A stretch of DNA of 63,655 bases, filler included, from Pirum gemmata (GCA_002812295.1; 27 parts of 27 records of this genome joined end to end with filler, not necessarily neighbours in it); one strand, 5' to 3'. Positions 13,136 to 26,039 are shown, counted from the first letter of the whole stretch. The notes: a model not told the origin generated them from the letters alone. Translations and numbers: made by a program.

Positions 13136-13454
13136 GTAATTTATTTATTAATTAACTTTGCTTTATTTTTCAATAGTTTTTTTTCTCTAACCCTAACCCT
13201 AACCCTAACCTTATAACCGTAAGCGCAAACCCGCAAACCCATAAACCCATAAACCTGTAAACCCGTAAACCCGTAAACCCATAAACCCGTAAACCCGTAA
13301 ACCCGTAAACCCGTAAACCCGTAAACCCGTAAACCCGTAAACCCATAACCATAACCATAACCATAACCATAACCATAATCACCTTAATCTTAATCCTAAC
13401 TCTTTATTTTACAAACGATTTATTACTTATTCGAAAAATCTTTTCTTTCTACAG

Positions 13455-13539
13455 ACGAACAAGAATAGAATTTCCGCCGATGACTTCATACCATCGTCTT
13501 TTAGTCCACCGAGTTGCTGAGTATTTTTCCCTAAATCAT
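13455..13539 (+). CDS. R3H-domain protein, exon 2 (R-x3-H motif)
   Basis: ctacag | RTRIEFPPMTSYHRLLVHRVAEYFSLNH | gtaagt; phase is compatible with exon 1. Confidence 0.9.
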
Positions 13540-14142
13540 GTAAGTTTGTATTTTTTTTTTTGTTGAATTGTGTATTATTAGTATCTGTAATTTGTTTGTG
13601 ATATTTGGTATTTTTTAAGTATTGCTACTGTAATAAAAGAATAATGATAATAATGATAACAACTATTAACAATGGTAGCAACGACAGGTATATAACAAAA
13701 CCAACAATAACAACAATAACAACACTAACAACAATAACAAGAATAGCAAAAATAACAATAATACCAACAAGAACAACAAGAACAACAATAAGAACAATAT
13801 AATAAGAACAATAATAAGAACAATAATAAGAACAATAATAAGAGCAATAATAAGAGCAATAATAAGAACAACAATAAGAACAATAACAGATAGAAAGATA
13901 ACAGGAATAAGAACAAGAATAATAATATTGTTGATATTACTGATTGTACAGATAACAATAGCAATGATAATGATAATGACAACAATAATGATGGTGTTCT
14001 TGATACCACCACTCTTGATACCACCACTACCACCACGAGCAACAACAACAGCAGCAACAGCAGCAACAGCAGCAACAGCAGCTTTTTGAATAATACTAAT
14101 AATAATAAAAATGTTCTGTTTATAAAATTAACTGTATGTCAG

Positions 14143-14198
14143 GTTGTAGATCAATCTGGACGTTGCGTTGTGCTATACAAAAATCCAAATTCCAGAAT
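14143..14198 (+). CDS. R3H-domain protein, exon 3
   Basis: gtcag | VVDQSGRCVVLYKNPNSR(I) | gtaagt; fits the R3HDM-type VDQxGxxVxxxKxxNxRIP continuation. Confidence 0.85.
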
Positions 14199-14767
14199 GT
14201 AAGTGCTAGTTTATTATTATTATTATTNNNNNNNNNNNNNNNNNNNNNNNNNNNNNNNNNNNNNNNNNNNNTTAATTAATTAANNNNNNNNNNNNNNNNN
14301 NNNNNNNNNNNNNNNNNNNNNNNNNNNATATAATAAAATATACCAAATTAAATTAAATGGATTCATATTGTATAAATTTGGTATTCTTTATTGTATACTT
14401 TATGATGACAAAACAACTGAAAAAAGCACGATATTATATTTCATTTATTTTGTCACTGTATAATATTTAAATTGATATTTTTAAATTAATAATTAGATAA
14501 TAAAATATGCCAAATTAAGTAAAATGGACTTATATAGTATTAATTTGGTACTCTTTAAAAAGGACGTCACCTATTAAATCTTACCTATGCGTCTTTGTCC
14601 AAAACACTTTTGGTCATAATTTTAAAGTTCATCTTATTAATAATTAATTAAGCCTAAAACAGTTTAAGTCAGACTTTTGAGGAATGACTTTTATCATATA
14701 TCATATTATCATAGCTACTCGAGATCATACAACTGTAATATAAAAGACGATAAAGTGCTATAGCGTA

Positions 14768-14935
14768 GTGCTTTTCAGTTATTTTAAGAGTACCAAATCA
14801 ATATAATATAAATCCATTTTATTTAATTTGTTATATTTTATCATCTATTTATTCGTTTAAAAATGTCAATTTAAAGGTTATAAACCACCAAATAAATATG
14901 TATATATAACTATTCTGAGTGATAAAATAAATGAA
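14768..14935. mobile_element. MITE family B copy (TIR gtgcttttca.tt.ttttgtca)
   Basis: More than 10 full or partial copies in the window, e.g. 14328, 14440, 16140, 23740, 25241, 37537, 51000, 51126, 51882, 59394, 60874, 61177, 61464. Confidence 0.7.
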
Positions 14936-15654
14936 CTATCATAGCTAGAGAGCATGCAAATAATACATCACGTCAAGGGGTAGGGTAGAATAAGTGATGT
15001 TCTTTATGAATGTTCCCCACGGTATCGTGATAGTACTATATTTATTATAATCACAACAAGACTAGAAAAAGACTAGCAAAATTTCTATGCATATATAGTA
15101 ATTGATTTATAATAATAATAACAATATTAATACTAACAATATATATAATATTATAACAATAATAATATATCATAATAATATATATGTATAATAAAATATG
15201 TGCACGTGATATTAATAAATGATTCCTTAGTTTTATTATGGTGTGGTTTTCTAATTAGGATCTTTCCAAAGTGAGGGTTAGTTTTAATAAGGTTAGTGGT
15301 TGGAGTTGGGGTCTGGGTTGTGGTTGGTGTTGGGGTTGGGGTTGGGGGGCTGTTAGCTAAAGGACTTGTTAGGGTTAGGGGTAGTTAGGGATTGTTAGTG
15401 TTAGGATTATGGACTGTTAGTGTTAGTGTTAGGGTTAGGGTTAGGGTTAGTGTTAGGATTATGGACTGTTAGGGTAAGGGTTAGGGTTAGGGTTAGTAGT
15501 AGTAGGATGCTGGTTTCATCTTGTTTGCAACTTTGCATCTTTCCAAAAAAAAAAAAACTGTAAATAAATGACGTAATAATTTTTTAATATTTTGCAGCCA
15601 ATTGGGAAAGAGTTAGCCATACTAGTCTGGAGCCTTCAAATACTACATAACGCC

Positions 15655-15764
15655 AATTTCCAGTCAAATACAGCTTCAAATACCCCCTACCTACCTACCC
15701 CTCGACGTTAATTTCCGGTCAAATACCACCTACCTACCTATCCCTTGACGTGAATGCTCCCTTA
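15655..15764 (-). mobile_element. PIF/Harbinger-like MITE end (family C)
   Basis: Terminus taa/tta-gggagc(a/g)ttca...cgtcaaggggtaggtaggtagg is shared with 22191, 22541, 49963 and 14950. Confidence 0.55.
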
Positions 15765-16776
15765 TTGGCCACAAACTAATAATGTTAATACAAATATGGG
15801 TGATATAAAAAAACCATATTTGGGACTCATTAAAAAACTTGATTTTTTAAAAAATCCAAAAAATACCAAAATGAACCAATTTTAATATAAGTACTACCAA
15901 ATTGTGAGAAGTTTTGTAACTAAGAAAACTCTATTATGAACCAATGGCTATTTTTTAAAAATAATTTGGCTAGTTAACACTAAAGGTTTTTAGAAAAGAA
16001 GTCTAAAAAAAAAAAAAAAGATTTCTACAATTTTATCAGGCTCGATAATAATAATAATTTTTTAAAATAAGTAAAAAAATCGAAATATCGAAAATATGAA
16101 ACTTGAAACTCGAAAAACCATCATCAAGTCTCCCATCATCTTTTTAGTTGTTTTGTCATTATAAAACAATACAATAAAAAATAACAAATTGATACAATAT
16201 ATATCTATTGAATTTAATTTGGTATGTTTTACTATCTATTTATTGATTTAAACATATCAAGTTAAATATTATAACCTACCAAATAAATATTCGGAGTAAC
16301 AAAAGACTTGAAAGAAGGGGGTCTATTTGATTNNNNNNNNNNNNNNNNNNNNNNNNNNNNNNNNNNNNNNNNNNNNTTAATTAATTAANNNNNNNNNNNN
16401 NNNNNNNNNNNNNNNNNNNNNNNNNNNNNNNNTTTTTTGTTTTTTTTTTTTTTTTTTTTTTTTTGATGTTTATAGTTACTATTATTACTATTATTTATTG
16501 TTGTAATTCTGCCACTGCTTTCTTACGTTTTGTACACTTTTACTATACTATGACATTTATCTTCTGTTAGGCATTTCGTTTTTTGTGGCTTTATGTCGCG
16601 GTGAAGTTGATAAACTTTTAGCCTACCACGATGAAGAGGACAATGAAAAGAAAGAAACTAAAAAAAATAAATAAAAGGATAGTTCAGATTTTCGTTATGA
16701 GATAGATCTCGATTTTTTATGTAATTCACTGTGGTAGAATAAAGATACACAGTTTTTAATTGATGTTATTATTTTG

Positions 16777-16819
<43 letters not shown>

Positions 16820-17843
16820 TATTATTATTATTGTTATTATTATTATTACTATTATTATTATTTATTGTTAGTTTTCTTTTGTCCTTTTTTTTTAGAGGGC
16901 TAAGGCCTTGCGAAAATGGAACGATATATGATATATTTGAAATAAAAAAATGAGGGTAAAATAAACAAAGTAAACAAACAAACAAACAAAACATTTATAT
17001 GTGAACTATATACAATCAAATCAAACATGTCTTGTTTGTAAGGATTAACGAAAAAGAAAAAGAAAAAGAAAAACAATTTTTATTCAAGGCAGAATACACG
17101 TGCATGTCATTATACAACATAAAATTCTATTCATTTCCTCCCTCCCCATACTAAAAAGTAATAACTATTAATGAAAATAAATAATGGCAATAATTGTAAT
17201 CATAATAACACAAGTACAAAATTTACAAATCAGCCCTGTTCAATACCTTGAAAGATTTATTTTATTGTTTATATTTCAAAAACCAGCAATAATTGCATAG
17301 TACTCTTTTGAATACATGCAATATTTGATAACATTAAAAAACAAGAATAAGAGCAATAAAAGAGTGCTAAAACCAAAAACCAAAAACCGGCAACAAACTA
17401 AAAACAACAAACTAACTAAATAAAAAAACAACAAAAAAACTAACTATAAATAAAACAACAACAAAACAAACAACAAACAACATACAGCATACAACAAACA
17501 ACATACAAACAACACACAATAAACAAACAGGAAATAACAAACAACAAACAACAAATAACAAACAACAAATAAACAATAAACAATAAACAATAAACAATAA
17601 ACAATAAACAATAAACAATAAACAATAAACAAAAAAAATAAAAAAATGCCAGTCACCAGCTTCTCTCTCTTTTTTTTTATTATTATTATTGTATGATGAA
17701 ATTTAACAATATTGATAATGATACGATGATAATAATAATAATACTGCTGATATATATAATAATAATGATAATAATGACAATGTGCTAAATCCGGTCGCTA
17801 CTGGAGGGGTACCCTATGAGCTGACCAGGCCTTTTGCCTGGAG

Positions 17844-17877
<34 letters not shown>

Positions 17878-17966
17878 TTTAATTTTTATTATTATTAGTA
17901 GTAGTAGTGGTAGTGGTAGTGGTAGTGGTGATAGTGGTAGTGGTGGTAGTGGTAGCGGTGGTAGTG

Positions 17967-18026
<60 letters not shown>

Positions 18027-18384
18027 AATCAGCTCGGTTTTATTACAAGATAAAACACGTTGAAAAAGATATGGTTAATAATATTTATTTAATTTTTTTT
18101 GTTATTGTTGTTGTTGTTGTTGTTTTAATTGTTATTCTATTAGTAGAAGAAGTAGAAGTAGTAGTAGTAGTAGTAGTGGTGGTGGTGGTGGTGGTGGTGG
18201 TGATAGTAGTGGTAGTAGTCGTAGTGGTAGTGGTAGTGGTAGTGGTAGTGGTAGTGGTCTAACCCTAACCCTAACCCTAACCCTAACCCTAACCCTAACC
18301 CAGTAGTAGTAGTAGTAGTAGTAGTACTAGTAGTACTAGTAGTATTAGTAGTAGTATTAGTATTAGTAGTAGTAGTATTAGTAT

Positions 18385-18477
<93 letters not shown>

Positions 18478-18540
18478 NTTTATTATTGTTATTAGAAATG
18501 TTATCACAACTAATTATCTTTACCCCTCCTTATCATTAAG

Positions 18541-18707
18541 TTTTTTTCGACTGCAAATTTGATTACTCCGACATTATTGGACTCGCAATCGGAGCTGTTG
18601 TTGGAGGTGCTTATTTCAAAACCAACAAGCATTGGCTTACAAACAACATTTTTGGATTGTCCTTTTCTATTTACGGTGTTGAGCAGCTTTCTCTTGGTTC
18701 CTATAAA
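18541..18707 (+). CDS. HM13: Signal peptide peptidase (HM13/SPP), internal exon
   Basis: ttaag | FFDCKFDYSDIIGLAIGAVVGGAYFKTNKHWLTNNIFGLSFSIYGVEQLSLGSYK | gtaaat; contains the HWxxNNxFG motif. Confidence 0.88.
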
Positions 18708-19025
18708 GTAAATTCGTTTTAAAGTAATTCTCTATCGGTTACTTGTAGCTAGCTCTACACCTACTAACTAATCATTCTCTTATCATATTGCTTCAATGAA
18801 ATTATAGAAATTTAACCCTGACTTTGTACCCCTAACTTATTTGTGTTGGTATATATTGATGCCCTCACTACTGAGGATACTTTTCAAAAGATCACACAGC
18901 ATACAAGAAAAAAAACACTTTGTTTGAAAAAACAAAATGATGATAATAGTATTGATTTAGTATTTCTCTTTTTCCTTTTCCTTTTCCTTTTCCCGTTTTT
19001 ATTTTATTATTATATACCTATATAG

Positions 19026-19407
19026 ATTGCCGCTGTCCTTCTTGGGGGGTTATTCTTTTACGACGTCTTTTGGGTCTTTGGAACAGATGTTATGGTTACT
19101 GTGGCGAAATCATTTGATGCACCAATCAAACTTCTTTTCCCGAAAGATATCCTCGCTTTTGGTCCAATACATGCTAAGCAATTTACTATGTTGGGACTAG
19201 GCGATATTGTAATTCCTGGTGTATTTGTTGCTTTACTTCTTCGTTTTGATAGAAGTTTGGCTCAAAAAGGAGCCAAATCCTTCTCACGTGTTTATTTCTG
19301 GACGGGGTACATTGCATATATTATTGGGTTAGTGACGACTGTAGTTGTTATGCACGTATTTGAGGCTGCACAACCTGCCTTATTATATTTGGTTCCTAGT
19401 TGTTTAG
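19026..19407 (+). CDS. HM13: Signal peptide peptidase (HM13/SPP), catalytic exon
   Basis: Contains the YD (LFFYDVFWVFG), LGLGD and QPALLY motifs; tatag acceptor, gtattt donor. Confidence 0.95.
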
Positions 19408-19986
19408 GTATTTTTTTTTCCTTTTTTTTTTTTGGAGGGTTGGAGGAGGAGGGGTGATTGTTNNNNNNNNNNNNNNNNNNNNNNNNNNNNNNNNNNNNNN
19501 NNNNNNTTAATTAATTAANNNNNNNNNNNNNNNNNNNNNNNNNNNNNNNNNNNNNNNNNNNNTAATAATAATAATAATTGTGCCGATAACCAGTATAATT
19601 ATGTAACAGATAATATATAACAGAAACGCTTAAAATATTACTGCTAATAATAATGATAATGATGATTATTCCACGGTTACATTTACGCATACGGTTATGG
19701 TTATGGGTACGGTTACGGTTTACGGTTACGGTTACGGTTACGGTTATGTTTATGTTTATGTTTATGTTTATGTTTATTTTTATGTTTATGTTTATGGTTA
19801 TGGTTATGGTTATGGTTATGGTTATGGTTATGTTTATGGTTATTGTTATGTTTATGTTTATGGTTATGATTATGTTTATGGTTATGGTTATGGTTATGTT
19901 TATGGTTATGATTATGGTTATGGTTATTTTTACTGTTACGGTTACAGTTAGGATTTTTCATAATACACAATATAAATTTCCATTAC

Positions 19987-20007
19987 CAACGGACCCTGCA
20001 GAAGCAC
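19987..20007 (-). CDS. Pectin acetylesterase/Notum-family hydrolase, 21-nt micro-exon with the catalytic Ser
   Basis: aatag | (G)ASAGSV(G) | gtaatg; completes LILGGASAGSVG (GxSxG) in phase with the preceding exon. Confidence 0.65.
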
Positions 20008-20515
20008 CTATTATTAACATATAGAATGTACGGTTAGGGATTTAGGGTTAGGGTTAGGGTTAGGGTTAAGAAATTAAGGGTTAGGGTTAGGGCAAGGGTA
20101 AGTGCTAGGGTTAAAGTTAGGGTTAAAGGTTAGGGTTAGGGTTCGGGTTAGGGTTAAGAGTTGAAATTAGGGTCAGAGTTAAGGTTAAGACTTAGAGTTA
20201 AGGGTAAATGGTTAGGGTTCGGGTTAGGGTCAAGGGTTAGTTTGGGGTTGGGGTTATGGTTAGATTAAACATTAGGTTAGGGTTTTAGGGTCAGATTAGG
20301 TTATGGTTCTTATTAGGATAAATAAACCAACTCAAAATAAAAAACATACATAATAATTGAGATGTTAAAAACATTAGGGGGGGGGGGTTATGGATAGATT
20401 GAAATTTAGGTTTAGGGTTTTAGGGTCAAATTAGGTTATGGCTATTATTATTAGGATAAACAAACCAACCCAAAATAAAAAACATACATAATAATTCAAA
20501 TATTAAAAAACCAAC

Positions 20516-20627
20516 CTCCAAGGATTAGAATATCTAAATTAGCAACAGAGGTGGGATTTGTTTTTCTCCTATTTTGATCTACCCAGGCAATTACTGACAT
20601 TGTGTTGTTATATCCATTAAAGTAAAC
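20516..20627 (-). CDS. Pectin acetylesterase/Notum-family hydrolase, internal exon
   Basis: ttag | VYFNGYNNTMSVIAWVDQNRRKTNPTSVANLDILILG | gttggt; fits the family pattern xxFxGxxNxxxVxxW...xxLxGxSAG. Confidence 0.7.
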
Positions 20628-21063
20628 CTAAGGGTTGGCATTGACATTAAGGGTAGTGTCAGGGTTAGGGTTAGGGTTAACGTTAGGGTTAGGGTTTGCG
20701 TTAGCGTTGGCCTTTGCGTTAGCCTTAGCCTTGGAGTTAGAGTTAGCGTTATAAGTTAGGTTAGAGTTAAAAGTTAGCGTTAGCATTAGAGTAATAATTT
20801 GGATTAGTGTTACATTGATTGTTAAGTTTAGCTTATAACGTTAATATTAGCTATAGGGTATTATTATTATTGTTGTTGTTGTTACTATTATTATTATCAT
20901 AATAATTGTAATTATTACTTTTATTACTGTTATATCATTCTGTTAGTGTTAAGGTATTATTATATGCTGTTGTTGTTGTTGTTGTTGTTACTATTATTCT
21001 TATCATTGTAATTATTTAAATTATTAAAATAATTATTGTTATTATTATTATCATTATTATTAC

Positions 21064-21097
<34 letters not shown>

Positions 21098-21438
21098 GTT
21101 ATTGTTATTGTTATTATTATTATTATTGTTATTATTATTATTTATTTATGTTGTTGTTGTTAATTTTTATTTTCTTGTTATTTATTGTTGTTATTTATTG
21201 TTACTATCATTGTTGCTGTTATCATGACAAGATCATGATCATGATAAGTTGTAATTGCTGATGTTAGCATACTCAATATAATTTGGCTTTAGCTGTAGTA
21301 TTAATATAAATATCTTTTTTTTTAATACAGTCTCCCTGTGCAACTCTATATGATGTTCAAGATAGTTTTTTAAACCAACTAGTTGAAGAAGATTTTGATT
21401 GTTTATATCTACTTGGTAATCTCTCCCCCAATACACAC

Positions 21439-21458
21439 ATTACCAATACCAGTATTTA
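21439..21458 (-). CDS. Candidate 20-nt micro-exon (NTGIGN) of the same hydrolase
   Basis: ttttatag acceptor, gtgtgt donor; ends in phase 0, matching the next exon. Confidence 0.35.
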
Positions 21459-21865
21459 CTATAAAAAAAAGAAGAAAAAAACAAGTATATGAACACAATA
21501 AATAACGAAGATGATAATAACAATAATAATGATAATAATATTGATTATAATAATAATAGTAATANNNNNNNNNNNNNNNNNNNNNNNNNNNNNNNNNNNN
21601 NNNNNNNNTTAATTAATTAANNNNNNNNNNNNNNNNNNNNNNNNNNNNNNNNNNNNNNNNNNNNGGGTTAGGGTTAGGGTTAGGGTTAGGTTAGGGCTAG
21701 TTATCAGATAGTATAGTATTAAGATAGCAGTAGGTCCAGCTGTTCCAACCATTCTGATCGAAAAGCTCAAAAAAAATTCGATTTTCGAAATGTTTTTATT
21801 TTCTTATTTATAAACTTGTGTTTTTTTTTTAGCGCCATTTTTTAGGTTTTTTCAAGGGTTTTTTT

Positions 21866-22056
21866 AGTAGGGGTGAGATGGAACTTTTTTCGAACAGATA
21901 CTAATAATAGCAGTTAAATAGCTTAAAATAGTAAATATAATTTAGTAGATACCAAGTAAAGTAATAATATTAACATTAATAGTAATAAAACCATAAAATC
22001 GGAAAAATTCCGGCAGCTGTTCGGTAATAATAAAATGACGTCATCTCACCCCTACT
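21866..22056. mobile_element. Complete 191-bp MITE (family D) with 15-bp TIRs and a 9-bp TSD
   Basis: agtaggggtgagatg ... catctcacccctact, flanked on both sides by ggttttttt; partial copies at 25689 and 38331. Confidence 0.85.
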
Positions 22057-22540
22057 GGTTTTTTTCACAGGGGTTAAATTTTTCAAAAACTTCAAGAAAA
22101 AAATTTTTTTTGAACTCTTTGGAGTCTTTACAGTAATTTCCTTTCTTGGGGACTGGGACAAACAAATTTAATTATTTAGAAGTAACTGTCACGTGACACA
22201 CGTCAAGGGTATGTAGGTAGGTAGTATTTGACCAGAAATTAACGTCGAGGGGTAGGTAGGTAGGGGGGTATTTGAAGCTGTATTTGATCGGAAGTTATAC
22301 TATCAATATTATAATATCACTGAAAAAAAAGGGGCAGAAAACGCCAGAAAAATAGAGAAAAATACCCTGGAAAAAATAGTATCCGTGAATTAAATATAAT
22401 AAAAGGGGCAGAAAACGCCAGAAAAATAGAGAAAAATAAAATACCCTGGAAAAATAGTGGCCGTGAAAAATTATTTACTACTAACTAGTACTGGTGGACT
22501 AGGATATTATTATTATGATAGACTATGATAATTATGATAA

Positions 22541-22637
22541 TAAGGGAGCGTTCAATCAAGGGGTAGGTAGGTAGGTGGTATTTGACTGGAAATAAACGTC
22601 GAGGGGAAGGTAGGTAAGGGGTATTTGAAGCTGTATT
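22541..22637 (+). mobile_element. PIF/Harbinger-like MITE end (family C)
   Basis: taagggagcgttcaa...ggggtaggtaggtaggtggtatttgactggaaataaacgtcgagggg; homologous to 15655-15764. Confidence 0.5.
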
Positions 22638-25600
22638 GTCTCGTACCAGTTCTCGTATCATACCTCACCTCTCGATAGTCAGCTCTGGCAGAACTCGACA
22701 GGAGCACTCCGTTCTTCAGTACTACTAGACTACTACTAGTCTAGCTATCATAGCTATCAGCGCGATATCTACCAAGCTCTTAGAGGTGGGGGGGGGGGGC
22801 TTAGTCTGTCGGAGCTGTCGGAGTAATCCTAACTAGCTAGACTAGCTCTAGTAGGCTCTGGCTAGCCTAACGATGCCCTGATTAGCTCAACCTCTGATTA
22901 TTAGCAACACTTTAGCAACCTGTATTAGCAACAATATAATATTATTATGATATATGATTTATATCATTCATAACAAGGACTTCAAGTCCTTGATCATACT
23001 AAAGGTAATAAAGGAGAGAGAGGAGAATATCATCTACTACTAGATGTGATTAGCTCAACCTCTGTGATTAGCAACACTTTAGCAACCTGGATTAGCAACA
23101 ATATATTATATGATTTATATCATGTTAAACTTCATAACAAGGACTTCAAGTTCTTGATCATAATAAAGGAGAAAGAGGAGAATGTCATCTACTAGTAAAT
23201 GTCATCTACTATCAGCGATAGCTAGCCAGTAGTATCATAGACTAGCTAGTAGTATCATAGACTAGCTAGCTGAGTAGACTAGCATAGTGGAGTCTAATAA
23301 GGCTCATATGCATAGTAAACTGTAGAGTCTAGACTGTAGAGTCGTGTGTAGAGTCACTGTAGACCTCTAGCTAGACTATAATTTTTTTTCTTTTCTTTAT
23401 GATATAAAAAATAATATGATAGAAAAAAAAAGGTTTTCCTTATCTGTTTTCCTTTGCACCATGAATGAGAATATATTTTTGTTGATTTTTTGATGCTATA
23501 TTATATTCTTTCATATATATTACTATTATTATTACTATTATTATTATTATTACTATTATTATTATTATTACTATTACTATTTGATAATTTATTATTTTAT
23601 GAATTACTATTACTATTACTATTACTATTACTATTACTANNNNNNNNNNNNNNNNNNNNNNNNNNNNNNNNNNNNNNNNNNNNTTAATTAATTAANNNNN
23701 NNNNNNNNNNNNNNNNNNNNNNNNNNNNNNNNNNNNNNNTCTGAATATTTATTTGGTGTGTTATAATCTTTAAATTGATATTTTTAAATCAATAAATAGA
23801 TAATAAAATATACCAAATTAAATTAAATGGATTTATATAGTATTAATTTGGAACTATTTATATTTTATGATGACAAAACAACTGAAAAGCATCTACTAGT
23901 AGCTAGCTAGCTAGACTAGCTACTAGCTACTTTTAATTATGGGCAAGGTTTAGGTCTATGGGTTTTGGACTGGTTTTGGTGGCTAGTAGAGTCCTAGTAG
24001 CTAGCTAGCTAGTAGCAGCTTAGCTACTAGCGAGACCCCTCTACAGTCCTAGTAAATGACGTCATTTTAAATAATGATGTCAAAACGTTTAGTAACTACA
24101 AGAGAGTCGTTGACTGGGCCGTTGAAGACTCAATGAAGAGACCCAGGACCCTTAGTGAAGAGACCCCTGAAGAGACCCATTCCATTCGGACCATTACATG
24201 ACTATTCCATGCTAAACGTGGCTCATATAATTTATATAAACATTTATTTGGTATGATATATATATGAACTTATTTTGTAACTTATTAAATAATAAAAAAT
24301 AGTTTTATAATAATATTATGATAAGTTATCCTCAGAAGTTATCCTAGCTAGATAAGTTATCTAGGATAAGTTATAGTCTAATTATTATGGCAAGATTAAA
24401 AGAACAGAAGACTCTGAGAAGAGACCTGATAGCTCGCTAAGCTAGGTACAGTACTACTAGCTAGAGGTACAGTAGCTACACTGTACTAAAGATAGCTAGA
24501 CAAATAGTAATAATAATAATAACTAAATAATAATAGTATAATAATTATTATTATATAGCTACACTGTACTAAAGATAGCTAGCTAGACAATAATAACTAA
24601 ATAATAATAATATAATAATTATTATTTTATAATTATTAGATAATAACAATAATATAATTATTATTATTATTATTATTATTATTATTTGTTTTCTATACTA
24701 AGTCTTGTACTTCTATTCAAACTAAAACTAATGCGGATTGTACGATTATTGTACGGTATTAGGAACTTCTTCAGCGAGATTACCTATAAAAGATTCAGTC
24801 TATACATACTTGACCTTCTCTACAAACTGAATTTTCGAAACTAATGCGGATTGTACGGTGTTAATATTATTATTATTATTATTTGTTTTTCTTTATTGTA
24901 AGTAGACCAGAACTGTTTTTATATAATTATCATTTTATTATGCATAAAAAAAAAATAATAATAAAAAAATAAAAATAAAAAATAATTTTTTTTTTTTTTA
25001 TCATATAATAATATAGACTATCATACGTATTTTGGCCTACTCCAGCTCATTTGGGTGTCCCTCCGGTGGCGACCGGATCTAGCACCCCTTCTATCGAAAT
25101 TAATAGTACAAATTGGTTGTTAGAAGGTACTTTGACGTCATTAAGTCATTCGGTCATAATTCGTTTTGTTTACATTTTTTTGCACCCATTTTTTTTTTTT
25201 TTACTCACCGTTTCTTTATTTATATTATGATACCTTCCGTNATACAATAAAGAGTACCAAATTAATACAATATAAATCCATTTAATTTAATTTGGTATAT
25301 TTTATTATCTATGTATTGATTAAAAAATATCAATTTAAAGATTATAACCTACCAAATAAATTTTTAGAGTGACAAAATAAAACAGTGGAAAAAACAGCGA
25401 TCATAAAAAGATTTTTTTTTTTCGATTTTAATATTACTGTTACTATTACTATTATCATTACTATTATCGTCTATTTCATTACAGTTGCCCTCTCAATCTT
25501 TAATTTGGTACCGTTTAAGTGTATAATTAAACTTGTTTGTAAACATAATATTTAAATTGGTAGGTTATATTTAAATTGGTAGGTTTTAATATATGATAAT

Positions 25601-25896
25601 ATAATCTTATAAGTTGTTTAAAAAAATAAAATGTAACCATTTTTCATTATTTTGGTGAATAAGAAAATAAAATAAAAAAAATTAATTAAGTAGGGGTGAG
25701 ATGACGTCATTTTATTATTACCGAACAGCTGCCGAAACTTTTCCGATTTTTATAGTTTTTATTACTATTAATGNNNNNNNNNNNNNNNNNNNNNNNNNNN
25801 NNNNNNNNNNNNNNNNNTTAATTAATTAANNNNNNNNNNNNNNNNNNNNNNNNNNNNNNNNNNNNNNNNNNNNGCAACGACAACAACAACACTAAC

Positions 25897-25928
<32 letters not shown>

Positions 25929-26039
25929 TAAGTGTAAACATAAAAAATTAAAAAATAACTTCTTTTCCTTATTTTAACCCTAACTCTAACCCTACTCTCA
26001 CCCTTACCTACACGTTAACGCTAACCTTGTCTTGACCTT

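Noticed and set aside
24100..24200. GC-richer stretch with three tgaagagaccc repeats, considered as a tRNA or other ncRNA
   Set aside because: No cloverleaf or A/B boxes are visible.
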